IMG/VR virus record: IMGVR_UViG_3300029305_003800
Span: 1-64,000 of that record
Source of the DNA: a virus
Taxonomy: Duplodnaviria; Caudoviricetes
DNA: 64,000 nucleotides
Strand: one strand, 5' to 3'
Part shown: one piece after another, positions 19,275 through 29,792 of the stretch
Position numbering within the stretch: the first letter of the stretch is position 1
Layout: every line of letters begins with the position of its first letter
The notes under the pieces: generated by a model
What the model was told of the DNA's origin: nothing
Database searches by the model: none
The model's input: the letters and a program-made list of their open reading frames with translations, nothing else
Made by a program: the position numbers and the translations under genes

Positions 19275-20225
19275 ATGTTTGGTAGATTATTAAAGATTTC
19301 AATAAGAAATGCAGCAGGATCTTCTTTGATTCTTGTTGATCCAGAACAAGGAGTAAAAACATTAATAGCAGATGTAGATATAAAGTGTGTTCCAAACAAA
19401 GAAAGAACATCAGCAGTAATAAAAATAAATAATTTAGATAAATATACAAGAAATTTAATTAAGACAAATGGTTATAAATACATAACAGTAGAATTTGGTT
19501 ATAAAGATGTAGATGGTGGAATGTTAAGTAGTATTTTTGAAGGAACATTGCAAAGAATGATAACACAAAGACCATCTCCTGAAACTTCATTGACAATAAT
19601 GTATGCTTATGAACTTGGAGATGTATATAATTATGGCTTTTACAGTGGATTTTTCTCTAAAGGAACAAATCTATATAATGTTGCTCAATCCATTGCAAAC
19701 GAGGGAGAAGTGGCTATTCCATTGGTTCTGTCAGAGAAATTAAAATCTTATGTTCTTACAGAAGACAAGTCAATGTATGGAAGTCAGTTAGAACTACTTC
19801 AACAACTTGGAGAATCACTAAGTGGAATGCTTTTTATGCACACAATGGGAAAGGTATATATCATTACAACAAGAGAAAATGATAGTTCAGAAGTAATAAT
19901 TATGTCAGGAGTAGATGCACAAGGAAAATTAAAATCTACATCAGGATTAATAGGATTACCATCTCTTGAAGATGATGGAATAAGTTTTGAATGTTTAGTT
20001 AATCCAAAAATGAGAATTTACAGCACAGTTTTAATTGCAAATGACTTTATAAGTGATGCTCAAGAAGGATTTGAGAGAAAATCTTCAGCAGGAGCAGAAT
20101 ACGATGAAAATGGACTATATGTTGTAGTAAAGATAGACACACATATTACAAATGGTCCGAATGAAAGTAAAATGAATATTAGAGCACTTGCGAGAGATTA
20201 CTATTTAAGGAGTAATGAATCATGA
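19275..20225 (+). CDS. Baseplate hub protein
   Basis: A.IKINNL, IFEG, SGLIGLP, CLVNP, GLY.V motifs. Confidence 0.75.
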   Translation: MFGRLLKISIRNAAGSSLILVDPEQGVKTLIADVDIKCVPNKERTSAVIKINNLDKYTRNLIKTNGYKYITVEFGYKDVDGGMLSSIFEGTLQRMITQRPSPETSLTIMYAYELGDVYNYGFYSGFFSKGTNLYNVAQSIANEGEVAIPLVLSEKLKSYVLTEDKSMYGSQLELLQQLGESLSGMLFMHTMGKVYIITTRENDSSEVIIMSGVDAQGKLKSTSGLIGLPSLEDDGISFECLVNPKMRIYSTVLIANDFISDAQEGFERKSSAGAEYDENGLYVVVKIDTHITNGPNESKMNIRALARDYYLRSNES

Positions 20226-20866
20226 AACAATCAATGAATGTAAATACAGAGAATTTTGAACTAATATTTGAAACTTCAAATCAAAAAGTGATGAATAATT
20301 TAAGGGTGGGGACATTGGCAAGAGTTTTAGAAGTAAATAAATCAACAAAAACATTGTCAGTTCAACCTATTGTTCAGGAGAAAATAAATTGCGATAATGA
20401 ATTGGGATATAAATATATAAAACTTCCTGTAATTAAAAATATTCCATATATTGCAGGTCAATATCCACAAATAAATGATTATGTAGTCTGTATTCATTTA
20501 GATAGAACAAAATCAGGAATTGATTTAATAAATGACACTACATCATTTATAGAAAGTAATACAAATAGACACAACTTAAATGATTGTATAGCAATAGTTC
20601 TAAAGACAAAAGACGAGTGGGAATTGATAGGAAAATACACATCACAAATATCTAATGTAGATGTATCAAAGTATGAGAATATAAGAGCAATTTTAGTTTA
20701 TTCAAATATTCAATTATGTTCTCAAGAATTTAATTATTTAATTGCAAATACATGCATATTATCAGAGTCAACAACTTCAAAGTCTGCATCGTTTTATATT
20801 TTGAATAATGAATTAGATATTACAGCAATATCTGCAGACTGTGAATTATATCTATACGGAAGATAA
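20222..20866 (+). CDS. Baseplate spike (Gp138-like)
   Basis: SVQP, LPVIKNIP, HLDR, RHNLNDCIAI. Confidence 0.7.
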   Translation: MKQSMNVNTENFELIFETSNQKVMNNLRVGTLARVLEVNKSTKTLSVQPIVQEKINCDNELGYKYIKLPVIKNIPYIAGQYPQINDYVVCIHLDRTKSGIDLINDTTSFIESNTNRHNLNDCIAIVLKTKDEWELIGKYTSQISNVDVSKYENIRAILVYSNIQLCSQEFNYLIANTCILSESTTSKSASFYILNNELDITAISADCELYLYGR

Positions 20867-20913
20867 GAAAATAATTATGTGTTTTAATAGTTATATTATA
20901 TTAGGAGGAAATA

Positions 20914-21249
20914 ATGAGAGGGCATAACATAATACGAACAAAAGATGCTAGTGGCAAAATACAGAAAGAGTTTGATATAGCAAATTGTGTAGAAGATGCA
21001 GAAGTAGTTCGCAATAATATTGAAGCAAGATGCAGTGTTATTCGTGGTGAGTTAATGTATAATGTCTTACTTGGAATTCCTCTAAGAGTAGATAAGGATG
21101 ACATGGACTTAGCAGTTATGAATATAATTAATAACACAGCAGGAGTCAGAGAAATAAATAAGTTTTCAAGCAATATTGTGAATAAAGTTTATAGAGCAAA
21201 CATAATTGTAATAACTACAATGAGTGAAGTAATAAATGTGGAGGTCTAA
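20914..21249 (+). CDS. Baseplate wedge / sheath initiator (gp25-like)
   Basis: RGEL.YN...GIP; 111 aa upstream of baseplate J. Confidence 0.65.
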   Translation: MRGHNIIRTKDASGKIQKEFDIANCVEDAEVVRNNIEARCSVIRGELMYNVLLGIPLRVDKDDMDLAVMNIINNTAGVREINKFSSNIVNKVYRANIIVITTMSEVINVEV

Positions 21250-21252
21250 TAG

Positions 21253-22626
21253 ATGAATAACATTACAATAAATTCAATTTTATCATTTGATGAGCAAAGT
21301 GGATTGAAGATATCTTCAAAAGGAGAAATTCTTGAAGATTTAATAGCACTAACAAGAATAGCATATGGGGAAGATTATGCAATAGAACAAGGAAACGAAT
21401 GGTATTCATTTTTAGATTTGCTTGCAGGAAGTTTAGCAGATGTAGGTGGTTCTGTTCAACAGTTATATAATACTTTATCATTTACAGGAGCAAGTGGAAC
21501 AAACTTAGATAATGTTGTATCTTTTGTAGGTATTGCAAGAAAACCAAAAACAAATAGTTCTGTTATGATAAAAGCAACTATAGCAGACAATAGCACAATT
21601 GCAAGACCATATGCATTACAAGCAGGAGCAATAACTCTTGAAGATACAAATGGAAATAAATGGGTAAATAAAGAAGAACTTGTTGTAGAAAAATATAAAA
21701 ATACAGCAGATAATCCAGAAGAAGAGAATTATGTAGGAACAGCAACATTTGAAGCAACAAACGAAAATGCAGATCCTACAAACATTGTTTTGCAACCTTA
21801 TAACGACGGAACAAATAACAACTTAACAATTCTAACAAGTGGAATTCCAGAAGGAATAACATTTATAAATGAAGTTGCATCAAAATTAGGAAATCAAGAA
21901 GAGACTGATGCACAATTAAGAGCAAGATACAAAAAAGAACTTTACAGAGAATCAGTAGGAACAGTAGAAGGAGTTATAGCACAAATAGAGGAAGACACAA
22001 ATGCAAATTATGTTTACATAGTTGAAAATAACTCTTCTCAAGTAAATGATATAGGAATGGCTCCACACTCAATTTGGGTTATAACAAACGGAAAGAGTGA
22101 ATGGGATGGCACAGGAGATACAAGCGATTATCCAGATGACATAGCAATAGCACAAACAATATTAGATTATAAGTCATTAGGATGTGGAACTTCTATTCCT
22201 ACAGCAGCAAGATCTTATGATCCAAATACAGGAGAGGGACAAATAAGTGTTGATATAACAATAGATTCAACAACTTATACTATTCAATTCAGTAGAGCAA
22301 GTGGTGTTAGTTGTTATGTAAAATTAGAATTAGATACAAATCTTGAGGCAGGATCACAAAGAGATTCAATTGAATATCAAATAAAACAAAATATTGCAAA
22401 TTATATAAATAATCTTGGAATTAGTAATGATGTTTTATATAGTGGTGTATCTTCAGCAGTATACTCAGTTATTTCTACAAATAATTATGAAGATTTTGTA
22501 ATTGATATAGATTCATTAAATGTAGATAAAGTAAGTCCTGCAGCAGCAAAAAGAGTGCCTATTGATTATAATGAATATGCAAAAATTACAGCAGAAGATA
22601 TAACAATAACTTGGAATCAAATTTAG
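21253..22626 (+). CDS. Baseplate J/gp47-family protein
   Basis: ASGTNLD...GIARK, GNQEETDAQLRAR, PHSI, IA..I..YKSLGC. Confidence 0.85.
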   Translation: MNNITINSILSFDEQSGLKISSKGEILEDLIALTRIAYGEDYAIEQGNEWYSFLDLLAGSLADVGGSVQQLYNTLSFTGASGTNLDNVVSFVGIARKPKTNSSVMIKATIADNSTIARPYALQAGAITLEDTNGNKWVNKEELVVEKYKNTADNPEEENYVGTATFEATNENADPTNIVLQPYNDGTNNNLTILTSGIPEGITFINEVASKLGNQEETDAQLRARYKKELYRESVGTVEGVIAQIEEDTNANYVYIVENNSSQVNDIGMAPHSIWVITNGKSEWDGTGDTSDYPDDIAIAQTILDYKSLGCGTSIPTAARSYDPNTGEGQISVDITIDSTTYTIQFSRASGVSCYVKLELDTNLEAGSQRDSIEYQIKQNIANYINNLGISNDVLYSGVSSAVYSVISTNNYEDFVIDIDSLNVDKVSPAAAKRVPIDYNEYAKITAEDITITWNQI

Positions 22627-22642
22627 TATGGAGGAATTATAA

Positions 22643-23500
22643 ATGACAATAGCAGAAGTTGAAGAATTATATTTGCAAGAAAATAAGTATACTGAAATGA
22701 TTCCATCTTATTTAAGAGATTATCCTAAATTCATCAGATTGATGAAAATGTTCAGCAATTATATACAAAATTCTTGTAATGTAATTGAAACTATACTGTC
22801 AAAATTAAATCTACAAAGTGCGACAGGAGATATACTTGAAAAGATAGCACAAAGAATAAATATAAGTATAGAAAAACCACTAGATGAAAATGGAAATGTA
22901 AATCAATCTTTATATGAGCAACAACTTAAAATTGCGATATTGGGAAATGGATTAAAAAGAAATTCAAAGGCAACTAGAGAATCTTTGATGAAATTGACAA
23001 ATATATTTAGTTCAATTGTCAGATGTGAAATAACAGACTTCAGCAATTTTAAGGGATATGCAAATCCAATGATTGTTCAATTAGACATAATGGGAAATGC
23101 AGAAGTTTGGTCAAAAGAAATGTTAGAAAAGTATGTGTTACCAAATATAACAGGAATTGGAATAGTTGTAAATTATGTTCTTTACAATAATATCTACTTT
23201 GGATTTGATAAACATAATATTATTGATATTATTGGAACTATAAACTATGCTACATCAAGTGTCACACAAGAATTACTATATGCAAGAGCACAAGAATTAG
23301 GATATTCAAGTTCTGATTTATTATTAGGAATAACTCTAACAGATTTGGAAGGAAATGGATGGACATTTATTAATTCAACAGTAGGTTGGGAGAATAAAGG
23401 TGTTGTTCAAGATGGTGATTCTATAATTGATGAGGCAATAGGTTATGGAATACAAGGTTGGGATAAAGGTAAATGGATTACCACTACAGTCATTGAATAA
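22643..23500 (+). CDS. Baseplate wedge protein (DUF2612-like)
   Basis: ATGDILEKIA, YFGFD, GWDKGKW. Confidence 0.65.
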   Translation: MTIAEVEELYLQENKYTEMIPSYLRDYPKFIRLMKMFSNYIQNSCNVIETILSKLNLQSATGDILEKIAQRINISIEKPLDENGNVNQSLYEQQLKIAILGNGLKRNSKATRESLMKLTNIFSSIVRCEITDFSNFKGYANPMIVQLDIMGNAEVWSKEMLEKYVLPNITGIGIVVNYVLYNNIYFGFDKHNIIDIIGTINYATSSVTQELLYARAQELGYSSSDLLLGITLTDLEGNGWTFINSTVGWENKGVVQDGDSIIDEAIGYGIQGWDKGKWITTTVIE

Positions 23501-23516
23501 GGAGGAATAAAAGAAA

Positions 23517-24566
23517 ATGGATGTAAGAAATAAAATATCAATATTTGCAGAAAATGCAATTGAATCAGTCACTCAGCAATCAAGCGATAGTATTGGATAC
23601 TTTTATCCAGATAATACTTGGAAGGGAACTTATAGTGGAGATCAATTAGAACCATTCCCTGAAAGATATAAAGGTGCATATGAGGGCATTGCTTATTCTA
23701 TAAATTATAATACAGCACTAAGACAAGCAACATTTATGAGCACAGTTTTAGCAGAAATAATGGTAAAAAGAAATGCTGAATCAAATGTTTATCCTTACAT
23801 GAGTGCAAATGGTATAGGAACAATGTTTGATTCATCTGAAGGATCATTAGATAATCATGCTACAAATATAGCAGATATATTCAGTAAAGCAAACTTCCTT
23901 ATGGCAGGAGAAGTCACTACAGCAAAGATTAATGACAAAGCAGTCACTACAGCAAAAGTAAATGATTATGCAATAACATACCAAAAATTAGGCAGTGTGC
24001 TAGGAACAAAAACTTCTACATCAAACGGAATGACTGTAACATTATCTCAAACTAGTGATAGAGGTCAAATAAATATAAGTATATCAGGAAGTAATGTAAC
24101 AAATTCTGATAAAGCAAAAGTTCAAACATCAAACTCAAAGATTTATTTAGATGGAACATTAGGAACATCTGGATATCAAGATCATTATGCAAATTCAAAT
24201 GTTTATATGCAATCAGGAACAATATATTCTACAAACAATGTCGCTACAGGATATATGCAGGCACAATCATTCTATGCTACATCAGACGCAAGAAAGAAAT
24301 ACGATGTTTATTCTATAGATCACAATACTGTTAAAGAGATTATAGAAAATACAGAAATAAGACATTTCAAATATAAAGATTCAAATAGAGATTGTGTGGG
24401 AATTATAGCACAAGATGTAGAACATTTCAATTTAGATAACTTCAAACTTGCAGAAAAGGGACAAGATGGTTATTTGATGGTAAGTGAATCAAAGATAGTT
24501 TATATCTTGTGGGATTATATAAAACAACTAGAAAAGAGAGTAAGAGAGTTAGAAAATAAAAATTAA
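23517..24566 (+). CDS. Tail fibre with C-terminal intramolecular chaperone (peptidase S74-like)
   Basis: NTALRQATFM N-terminus; VTTAK repeats; TSDARKK, F.YK, GIIAQDVE and terminal coiled coil. Confidence 0.8.
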   Translation: MDVRNKISIFAENAIESVTQQSSDSIGYFYPDNTWKGTYSGDQLEPFPERYKGAYEGIAYSINYNTALRQATFMSTVLAEIMVKRNAESNVYPYMSANGIGTMFDSSEGSLDNHATNIADIFSKANFLMAGEVTTAKINDKAVTTAKVNDYAITYQKLGSVLGTKTSTSNGMTVTLSQTSDRGQINISISGSNVTNSDKAKVQTSNSKIYLDGTLGTSGYQDHYANSNVYMQSGTIYSTNNVATGYMQAQSFYATSDARKKYDVYSIDHNTVKEIIENTEIRHFKYKDSNRDCVGIIAQDVEHFNLDNFKLAEKGQDGYLMVSESKIVYILWDYIKQLEKRVRELENKN

Positions 24567-24578
24567 GGAGGAAAATAA

Positions 24579-25817
24579 GTGGCAAATTATTCTAATATAA
24601 CTGCAAATGGTAGAAGCATTTCAGATATTATTCAGGATTATGATAATAGAACAAATTCGGCTGATTTCTTTAGTGGTTATTATTCTGGAGAAAAAGTAAG
24701 ATTGGTAAATGGAGTCTGGACAGATGTCAATAATTATTCTGCAGTAAGATTTGCCACATATAATTCTAATTATCATCCATTTAATTATGTGACAAATATA
24801 AATGAATTCTTCCACAATTCATATGATAGTTCTGCGAATAAAGGATACATTCCAAATGGACTTGCACCAATACTAAATAATAGATATTCTGTAGCAGCAA
24901 ATAAGACAATAACTCTTAAATTCAAGGGAACAGGAAATTTATTAGATAACGGAACTTTATATTGGTATGAGGGAGATAGTCTTGTAAAAACATTTTCATG
25001 TCCTTCAAGTATAATCGTAGGTATTCAAGGTTCTGGAGGAGGTGGAGCAGGAGGTGGAGGATGGTATACTGGTAAAATCTCCTATGGTGGAGGTTGTGGA
25101 CCTTTATGCTATTTTCACATAGAAATGCCTTATACAAGAACAGCAGAAACAAATGTCTTACAAGTTGTATTGGGTTCTGGTGGATCTGGTGGTGGAAGAT
25201 GGAATTCAGGAAGTAATGGCTCTTCAACTACAATTAAGTTCTGGAATAATGATTGGGTCACAGTTGCAAGCGTAGAAGGAGGACATGGTGGATTAATAAC
25301 AGACAATAATGTTGTATATGCTCCTTCAGATGAACCTGCAATATCTAGAGTGACATTTTATCAAAGTATAAATTCAAGTATTTACGGCAACATAGGGATG
25401 GGTAGAATTACAGTAGTTCCAAATGGTAGATATTATTATGCTCCAAATGCTGGAACATTTGCATATATTCCTGGAAATTATACAAATGGAGCAATGAATG
25501 ATGCGTTTGTTCAGTATTTTAGAACAACTCCTAGAATATCTTCTGGATCTAATTCTTATGGATATATAAGTGGTTCATATGGACAAGATTATACATACAA
25601 TCAAAAATGGACTACAATAGCAAGAGTTTATAATGAATGGCATTGTGGATGGAGTAGTATATCTGGTGCTGGAGGTGGAATTACTGACGGATCAGATGGA
25701 AAAGCAGGAGGATGTGGTGCTGGAGGTGGTGCTGGTGCTCCTGCAACAAATATATTTGATGGTGGTGGAGGTTCTGGTGGATCTGGTGGTCCTGCTGGGA
25801 TAAAAATCTATTGGTAA
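24579..25817 (+). CDS. Glycine-rich tail fibre/spike protein
   Basis: GSGGGGAGGGG and GGSGGSGGPAG tracts; GTG start with AGGAGG. Confidence 0.7.
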   Translation: MANYSNITANGRSISDIIQDYDNRTNSADFFSGYYSGEKVRLVNGVWTDVNNYSAVRFATYNSNYHPFNYVTNINEFFHNSYDSSANKGYIPNGLAPILNNRYSVAANKTITLKFKGTGNLLDNGTLYWYEGDSLVKTFSCPSSIIVGIQGSGGGGAGGGGWYTGKISYGGGCGPLCYFHIEMPYTRTAETNVLQVVLGSGGSGGGRWNSGSNGSSTTIKFWNNDWVTVASVEGGHGGLITDNNVVYAPSDEPAISRVTFYQSINSSIYGNIGMGRITVVPNGRYYYAPNAGTFAYIPGNYTNGAMNDAFVQYFRTTPRISSGSNSYGYISGSYGQDYTYNQKWTTIARVYNEWHCGWSSISGAGGGITDGSDGKAGGCGAGGGAGAPATNIFDGGGGSGGSGGPAGIKIYW

Positions 25818-25828
25818 GGAGATTAAAT

Positions 25829-26383
25829 ATGGCATTAAAATTAAAAGATAATTCCTATGTTAAGTTAAATTTAGATGAGTGTTTTATAAATAAAAAAGGT
25901 GTATTTATATCTTATCTCAGATACAAAGATGTAGAACAAAGAGAATTAGAACAAAAATTACTTGCAAATTTTGAAGTAGTTCGTTCAAATTGCTTAGAAT
26001 ACATTTCAAAAATAAGAGATGAAATATACAAAGATTTATCAAAAGAACATAATTTGGAAGAATTAACTTCATTAGAAGAATTAAAATCGTATTTGACAGA
26101 AGAACAAAACCAAAAATTAGTGATAACAGAAAATCTTGAAAAGGATTTAGAATATTTACACAAAATAATTCAAATACATGAAGATATTTCAATGAAAAAT
26201 CTATTAAATGAAAAATTATTAAAAGATTTTGGATTAAATGTAGAATTGTATAAAAATTATTTTGAAAATCCAAATATAGAAATAAAATCCACATCAGCAT
26301 ATACAGGACAAAAGTTTACTTATGATTCTATGTATAAAGAATTGAAGAAGTTATTCAAAAAAGATGGATATGAAGATTGTTAG
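25829..26383 (+). CDS. Hypothetical protein (possible fibre assembly factor)
   Basis: AAGGAG RBS before ATG 25829. Confidence 0.55.
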   Translation: MALKLKDNSYVKLNLDECFINKKGVFISYLRYKDVEQRELEQKLLANFEVVRSNCLEYISKIRDEIYKDLSKEHNLEELTSLEELKSYLTEEQNQKLVITENLEKDLEYLHKIIQIHEDISMKNLLNEKLLKDFGLNVELYKNYFENPNIEIKSTSAYTGQKFTYDSMYKELKKLFKKDGYEDC

Positions 26384-26410
26384 AGTTATAATTAGTAGAG
26401 GAGGAAAGTA

Positions 26411-26806
26411 ATGTCAATATTATATGAAGCAACTAGTCCTAGAGCAGATCATGGAATTTGGGTTCTTACTTATGGACAACCTAGTAAAACTCCTTTTAAC
26501 TTTGATTGGAAAGGAAAAACTAGAGGAGGAGAACTAATAAATTTTGTTATAGGAACAAATTGTAATGTAATTTTTAATATAAAAGAATACATGAATGAAG
26601 ATCCTATAATATCAAAGAAAATACAAATGGGAGAAAATAATACAGTAATGTTAGAATTAACTTATGAAGATATGATGTTATTAAAGATGGAAAATAAATA
26701 TCATCTCACAGCAACTTTATATGACGATAGTGATAAGTTGATAAGAATATTACTCAGAGATCTTCCTATAAAAATCTTAGAAAGTGGGGTAGAAAACAAT
26801 GGATAA
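26411..26806 (+). CDS. Baseplate/fibre adaptor (BppU-like, tentative)
   Basis: 131 aa beta-rich ORF preceding the large fibre. Confidence 0.45.
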   Translation: MSILYEATSPRADHGIWVLTYGQPSKTPFNFDWKGKTRGGELINFVIGTNCNVIFNIKEYMNEDPIISKKIQMGENNTVMLELTYEDMMLLKMENKYHLTATLYDDSDKLIRILLRDLPIKILESGVENNG

Positions 26807-29792
26807 TACAATAAGTATAAATACAAGTGTTACTGTTGACAGTTATCAAGTAATTGATGACTTGAATATTGTAGATGAGGCAGTTCAAGTTAATATTGTA
26901 GATGCATTATTCACATCTACTCAACCTGATTGGAATATTGACGATCCTGATAGTCCTTATTACATAAAACACAAACCAACAAAGACAAGTGATTTTATAA
27001 ATGATGGTGCTAATGGCACAAGTAGATATGTAGAAGAAAGTGAATTAACAGACTTAAATAAAGTAAATGATGTTCAGATAAAGACAGTTGGAAGTTATGC
27101 ATCAGTTGTTATTGATAAAATAGCAAAAATAGATTTATCAAATTATGTCACAAAAGAATTTAAGACAGGATCAAGTTCTGTCTATAAAGTCTTAAGTGAT
27201 AATAATTTTACAGACGCAGAAAAGACTTTAATTAGTTATTTAAGAACAAATGGTGACGGATCTCAAGCATTAACAAATAATGGAACATATAAAGATTTAT
27301 ATAATATCTTAACAGTAAATGGAGTGGCTCCTGTAGATAAAAATGTTCAAATAAATACAGAGAACATTTATTATGGAGCAGATCCTCTTAAAACTCTGTT
27401 AGATAAGGTTGTAACATTTAATTCAATTGCAGATAAATCCATAATTCTTGATAATAATAAATTTATATTTGGTAAAAATACAACAAACACTTCTATTCAA
27501 TTATTAGGAGTAAATTCAAGCAATTCTATTATACTTGGTGATAATTCTTCATTATTAAATATATTATCTAGTGGCAGAATTACAGTAAATTCAAGTAATT
27601 CAATAGCATATTTAACAGATATAGTAAATTCTATTAGCGAGCATAATTCAAGTAATTTAGCACATTCAGATATAAGAGAAGAAATAGCAAATGTTGAATC
27701 ACATATGGTCATTAGAATGACTAATGCAGAGATGACAAATGTAATATCAGAAGATTCTCTTGAAAATAATTCAATTGTGACTCCAACAGATACAGGAACC
27801 TATACTCCTGGAAAGTTATATAGATATTATAATCAAGCATTTACATTATTGAGCAATTATCAAGTTGAAAACTTATATAGAACAAGTGCTCCAACATCTG
27901 CTACAGCAGGAGTCGCAGGACAAATCTGTTTTGATGTTATTAACTTAAAGATTTGGAGATGCACAAATTCAACTGCACCATACAATTGGACAGATATAAC
28001 TCCTGTAAGTTCTGGTGATTCTCAACTATTACAACAAGTTATAAATAATACACAAATAATATCAGACGCAAATGGTGGATTTACAGCAGGAAATAATTAT
28101 TTATTACTTGATTCAAATGGCATAATTCCTATTGAAAGAATTCCACAAGCAGTTTTACAAGGAATGACTTATGGTGGTTCATTTGATGGAAATGGTATAA
28201 TTACAGCAAGTTCAAGTGCTCAAGCAATTGATGGTCAAGTAATTGACACAATAAATAAAGCATACTATAAGAATTATTATTTCTTGGCGACAGCAACTTA
28301 TGTGCTAGATGGTGTAACCTATATTGCAGGAAACTTTGCATTATCAAGTGGAACAGAATGGGTAAAAATTGCAAACTCAGGACAAGTTGTGTCAGTAAAC
28401 GGATATGATGGAGTAGTAGTTTTAACTTATACAGATGTTAATGCAATAGGAGATGATAAACTAGTTACAAGTTGGAGTTCTACAACAAGTAATGATAATG
28501 TTCCTAGTGAAAAACTTGTAAAAGATTCATTAGATGGTAAACAAGATACATTGACTACAGCACAACAAAATGCAGTAGATAGTGGAATAACAAGTTCACT
28601 TGTAACTCAGATTGGAACAAACCAAACAAGCATTTCAAATATAAATGCACTTATCCCATCTCAAGCGACAGATCAAAATCAACTTGCAGATAAAGATTTT
28701 GTAAATAGTTCAATAAACGCACTTGCTGCATTCTATATTACTAGAAATGTTGCAGGAGATCCATTTAGAACAAAAGCAGAATTAGATGGAACTTCAACAT
28801 ATTATTCTGGTGGTCAAGTAAGAATTCCTACAACAAACGATTACTGTATTGTTTTAGCAGATATAACAAAAGCAACAGCAGTATCTGGATATAGTTCATT
28901 TACAACTACATCTCAATATGTTGGATATCATATAATCTATAATTATATAGATACACTTGTAACAGATACCAATAAAGATAGTTTGAGTATAGTTCCTGGA
29001 ACAACAGTATGCTATTATAAGATACCTACAACAAGATATAGTTATCAAGGTTCTCAATGGGAATTCCAGTATATTGTTAATGATACATCATTAACTGCTG
29101 CGCAACTTGCTGCATTGAATAGTGGAATCACAACATCTCTTGTTGCTCAAATAACTGCAAATGCAAATAATATAAGTGCATTACAACAAGGAACTGTAAC
29201 AAATGTAAGTTATAATACATCTACAAAAACATTACAAAAGACAGTAAATTCACAAGCAATTGATATAATTGCAATTTACAATACAACTACAGCAGGAAGT
29301 GAAAGTGTTACAATAAATACAAATACATTAAATGTAATGACAAGGGACACACAGCAAACTGTAAGTGGTAGAAAAAGTTTTAACAGTGTAGATAAAATAC
29401 TTCCTACAACAACTGCAACATATGATATAGGATCTTCTTCAAACTTCTGGAGAACATTATATTTATCTGGAAATTTATCAGACGGCACAAACTCTATAAG
29501 TATTTCAGGAATTATAAATAAAGCAAACAAAACTTCTGTAGCAGAATACACACTATATGCAGCAAGTTGGGTTGGAAATAATTATACTCTCGGTGTAACA
29601 GGAAAATCTTCAAGTAATAATGCTCTTGTAAGTAACAGTAATTCAGGAACAGATCAACAAGTTTTAGATAATGCAGAAGCAATAACTGATGCAAATATTT
29701 ACAAAATAGTTGATAATGGAAACTCTCTAACATTTACTTGTGAGACAGTTCCTACAGTTGATTTGAAGATTCAAGTGGAGGTGTATGACTAA
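26799..29792 (+). CDS. Large tail fibre protein (997 aa)
   Basis: QPDWN..YIKHKP, LSDNNFTDAEK, HN....AH.DIR, VVSVNGYDGVV.L fibre modules. Confidence 0.75.
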   Translation: MDNTISINTSVTVDSYQVIDDLNIVDEAVQVNIVDALFTSTQPDWNIDDPDSPYYIKHKPTKTSDFINDGANGTSRYVEESELTDLNKVNDVQIKTVGSYASVVIDKIAKIDLSNYVTKEFKTGSSSVYKVLSDNNFTDAEKTLISYLRTNGDGSQALTNNGTYKDLYNILTVNGVAPVDKNVQINTENIYYGADPLKTLLDKVVTFNSIADKSIILDNNKFIFGKNTTNTSIQLLGVNSSNSIILGDNSSLLNILSSGRITVNSSNSIAYLTDIVNSISEHNSSNLAHSDIREEIANVESHMVIRMTNAEMTNVISEDSLENNSIVTPTDTGTYTPGKLYRYYNQAFTLLSNYQVENLYRTSAPTSATAGVAGQICFDVINLKIWRCTNSTAPYNWTDITPVSSGDSQLLQQVINNTQIISDANGGFTAGNNYLLLDSNGIIPIERIPQAVLQGMTYGGSFDGNGIITASSSAQAIDGQVIDTINKAYYKNYYFLATATYVLDGVTYIAGNFALSSGTEWVKIANSGQVVSVNGYDGVVVLTYTDVNAIGDDKLVTSWSSTTSNDNVPSEKLVKDSLDGKQDTLTTAQQNAVDSGITSSLVTQIGTNQTSISNINALIPSQATDQNQLADKDFVNSSINALAAFYITRNVAGDPFRTKAELDGTSTYYSGGQVRIPTTNDYCIVLADITKATAVSGYSSFTTTSQYVGYHIIYNYIDTLVTDTNKDSLSIVPGTTVCYYKIPTTRYSYQGSQWEFQYIVNDTSLTAAQLAALNSGITTSLVAQITANANNISALQQGTVTNVSYNTSTKTLQKTVNSQAIDIIAIYNTTTAGSESVTINTNTLNVMTRDTQQTVSGRKSFNSVDKILPTTTATYDIGSSSNFWRTLYLSGNLSDGTNSISISGIINKANKTSVAEYTLYAASWVGNNYTLGVTGKSSSNNALVSNSNSGTDQQVLDNAEAITDANIYKIVDNGNSLTFTCETVPTVDLKIQVEVYD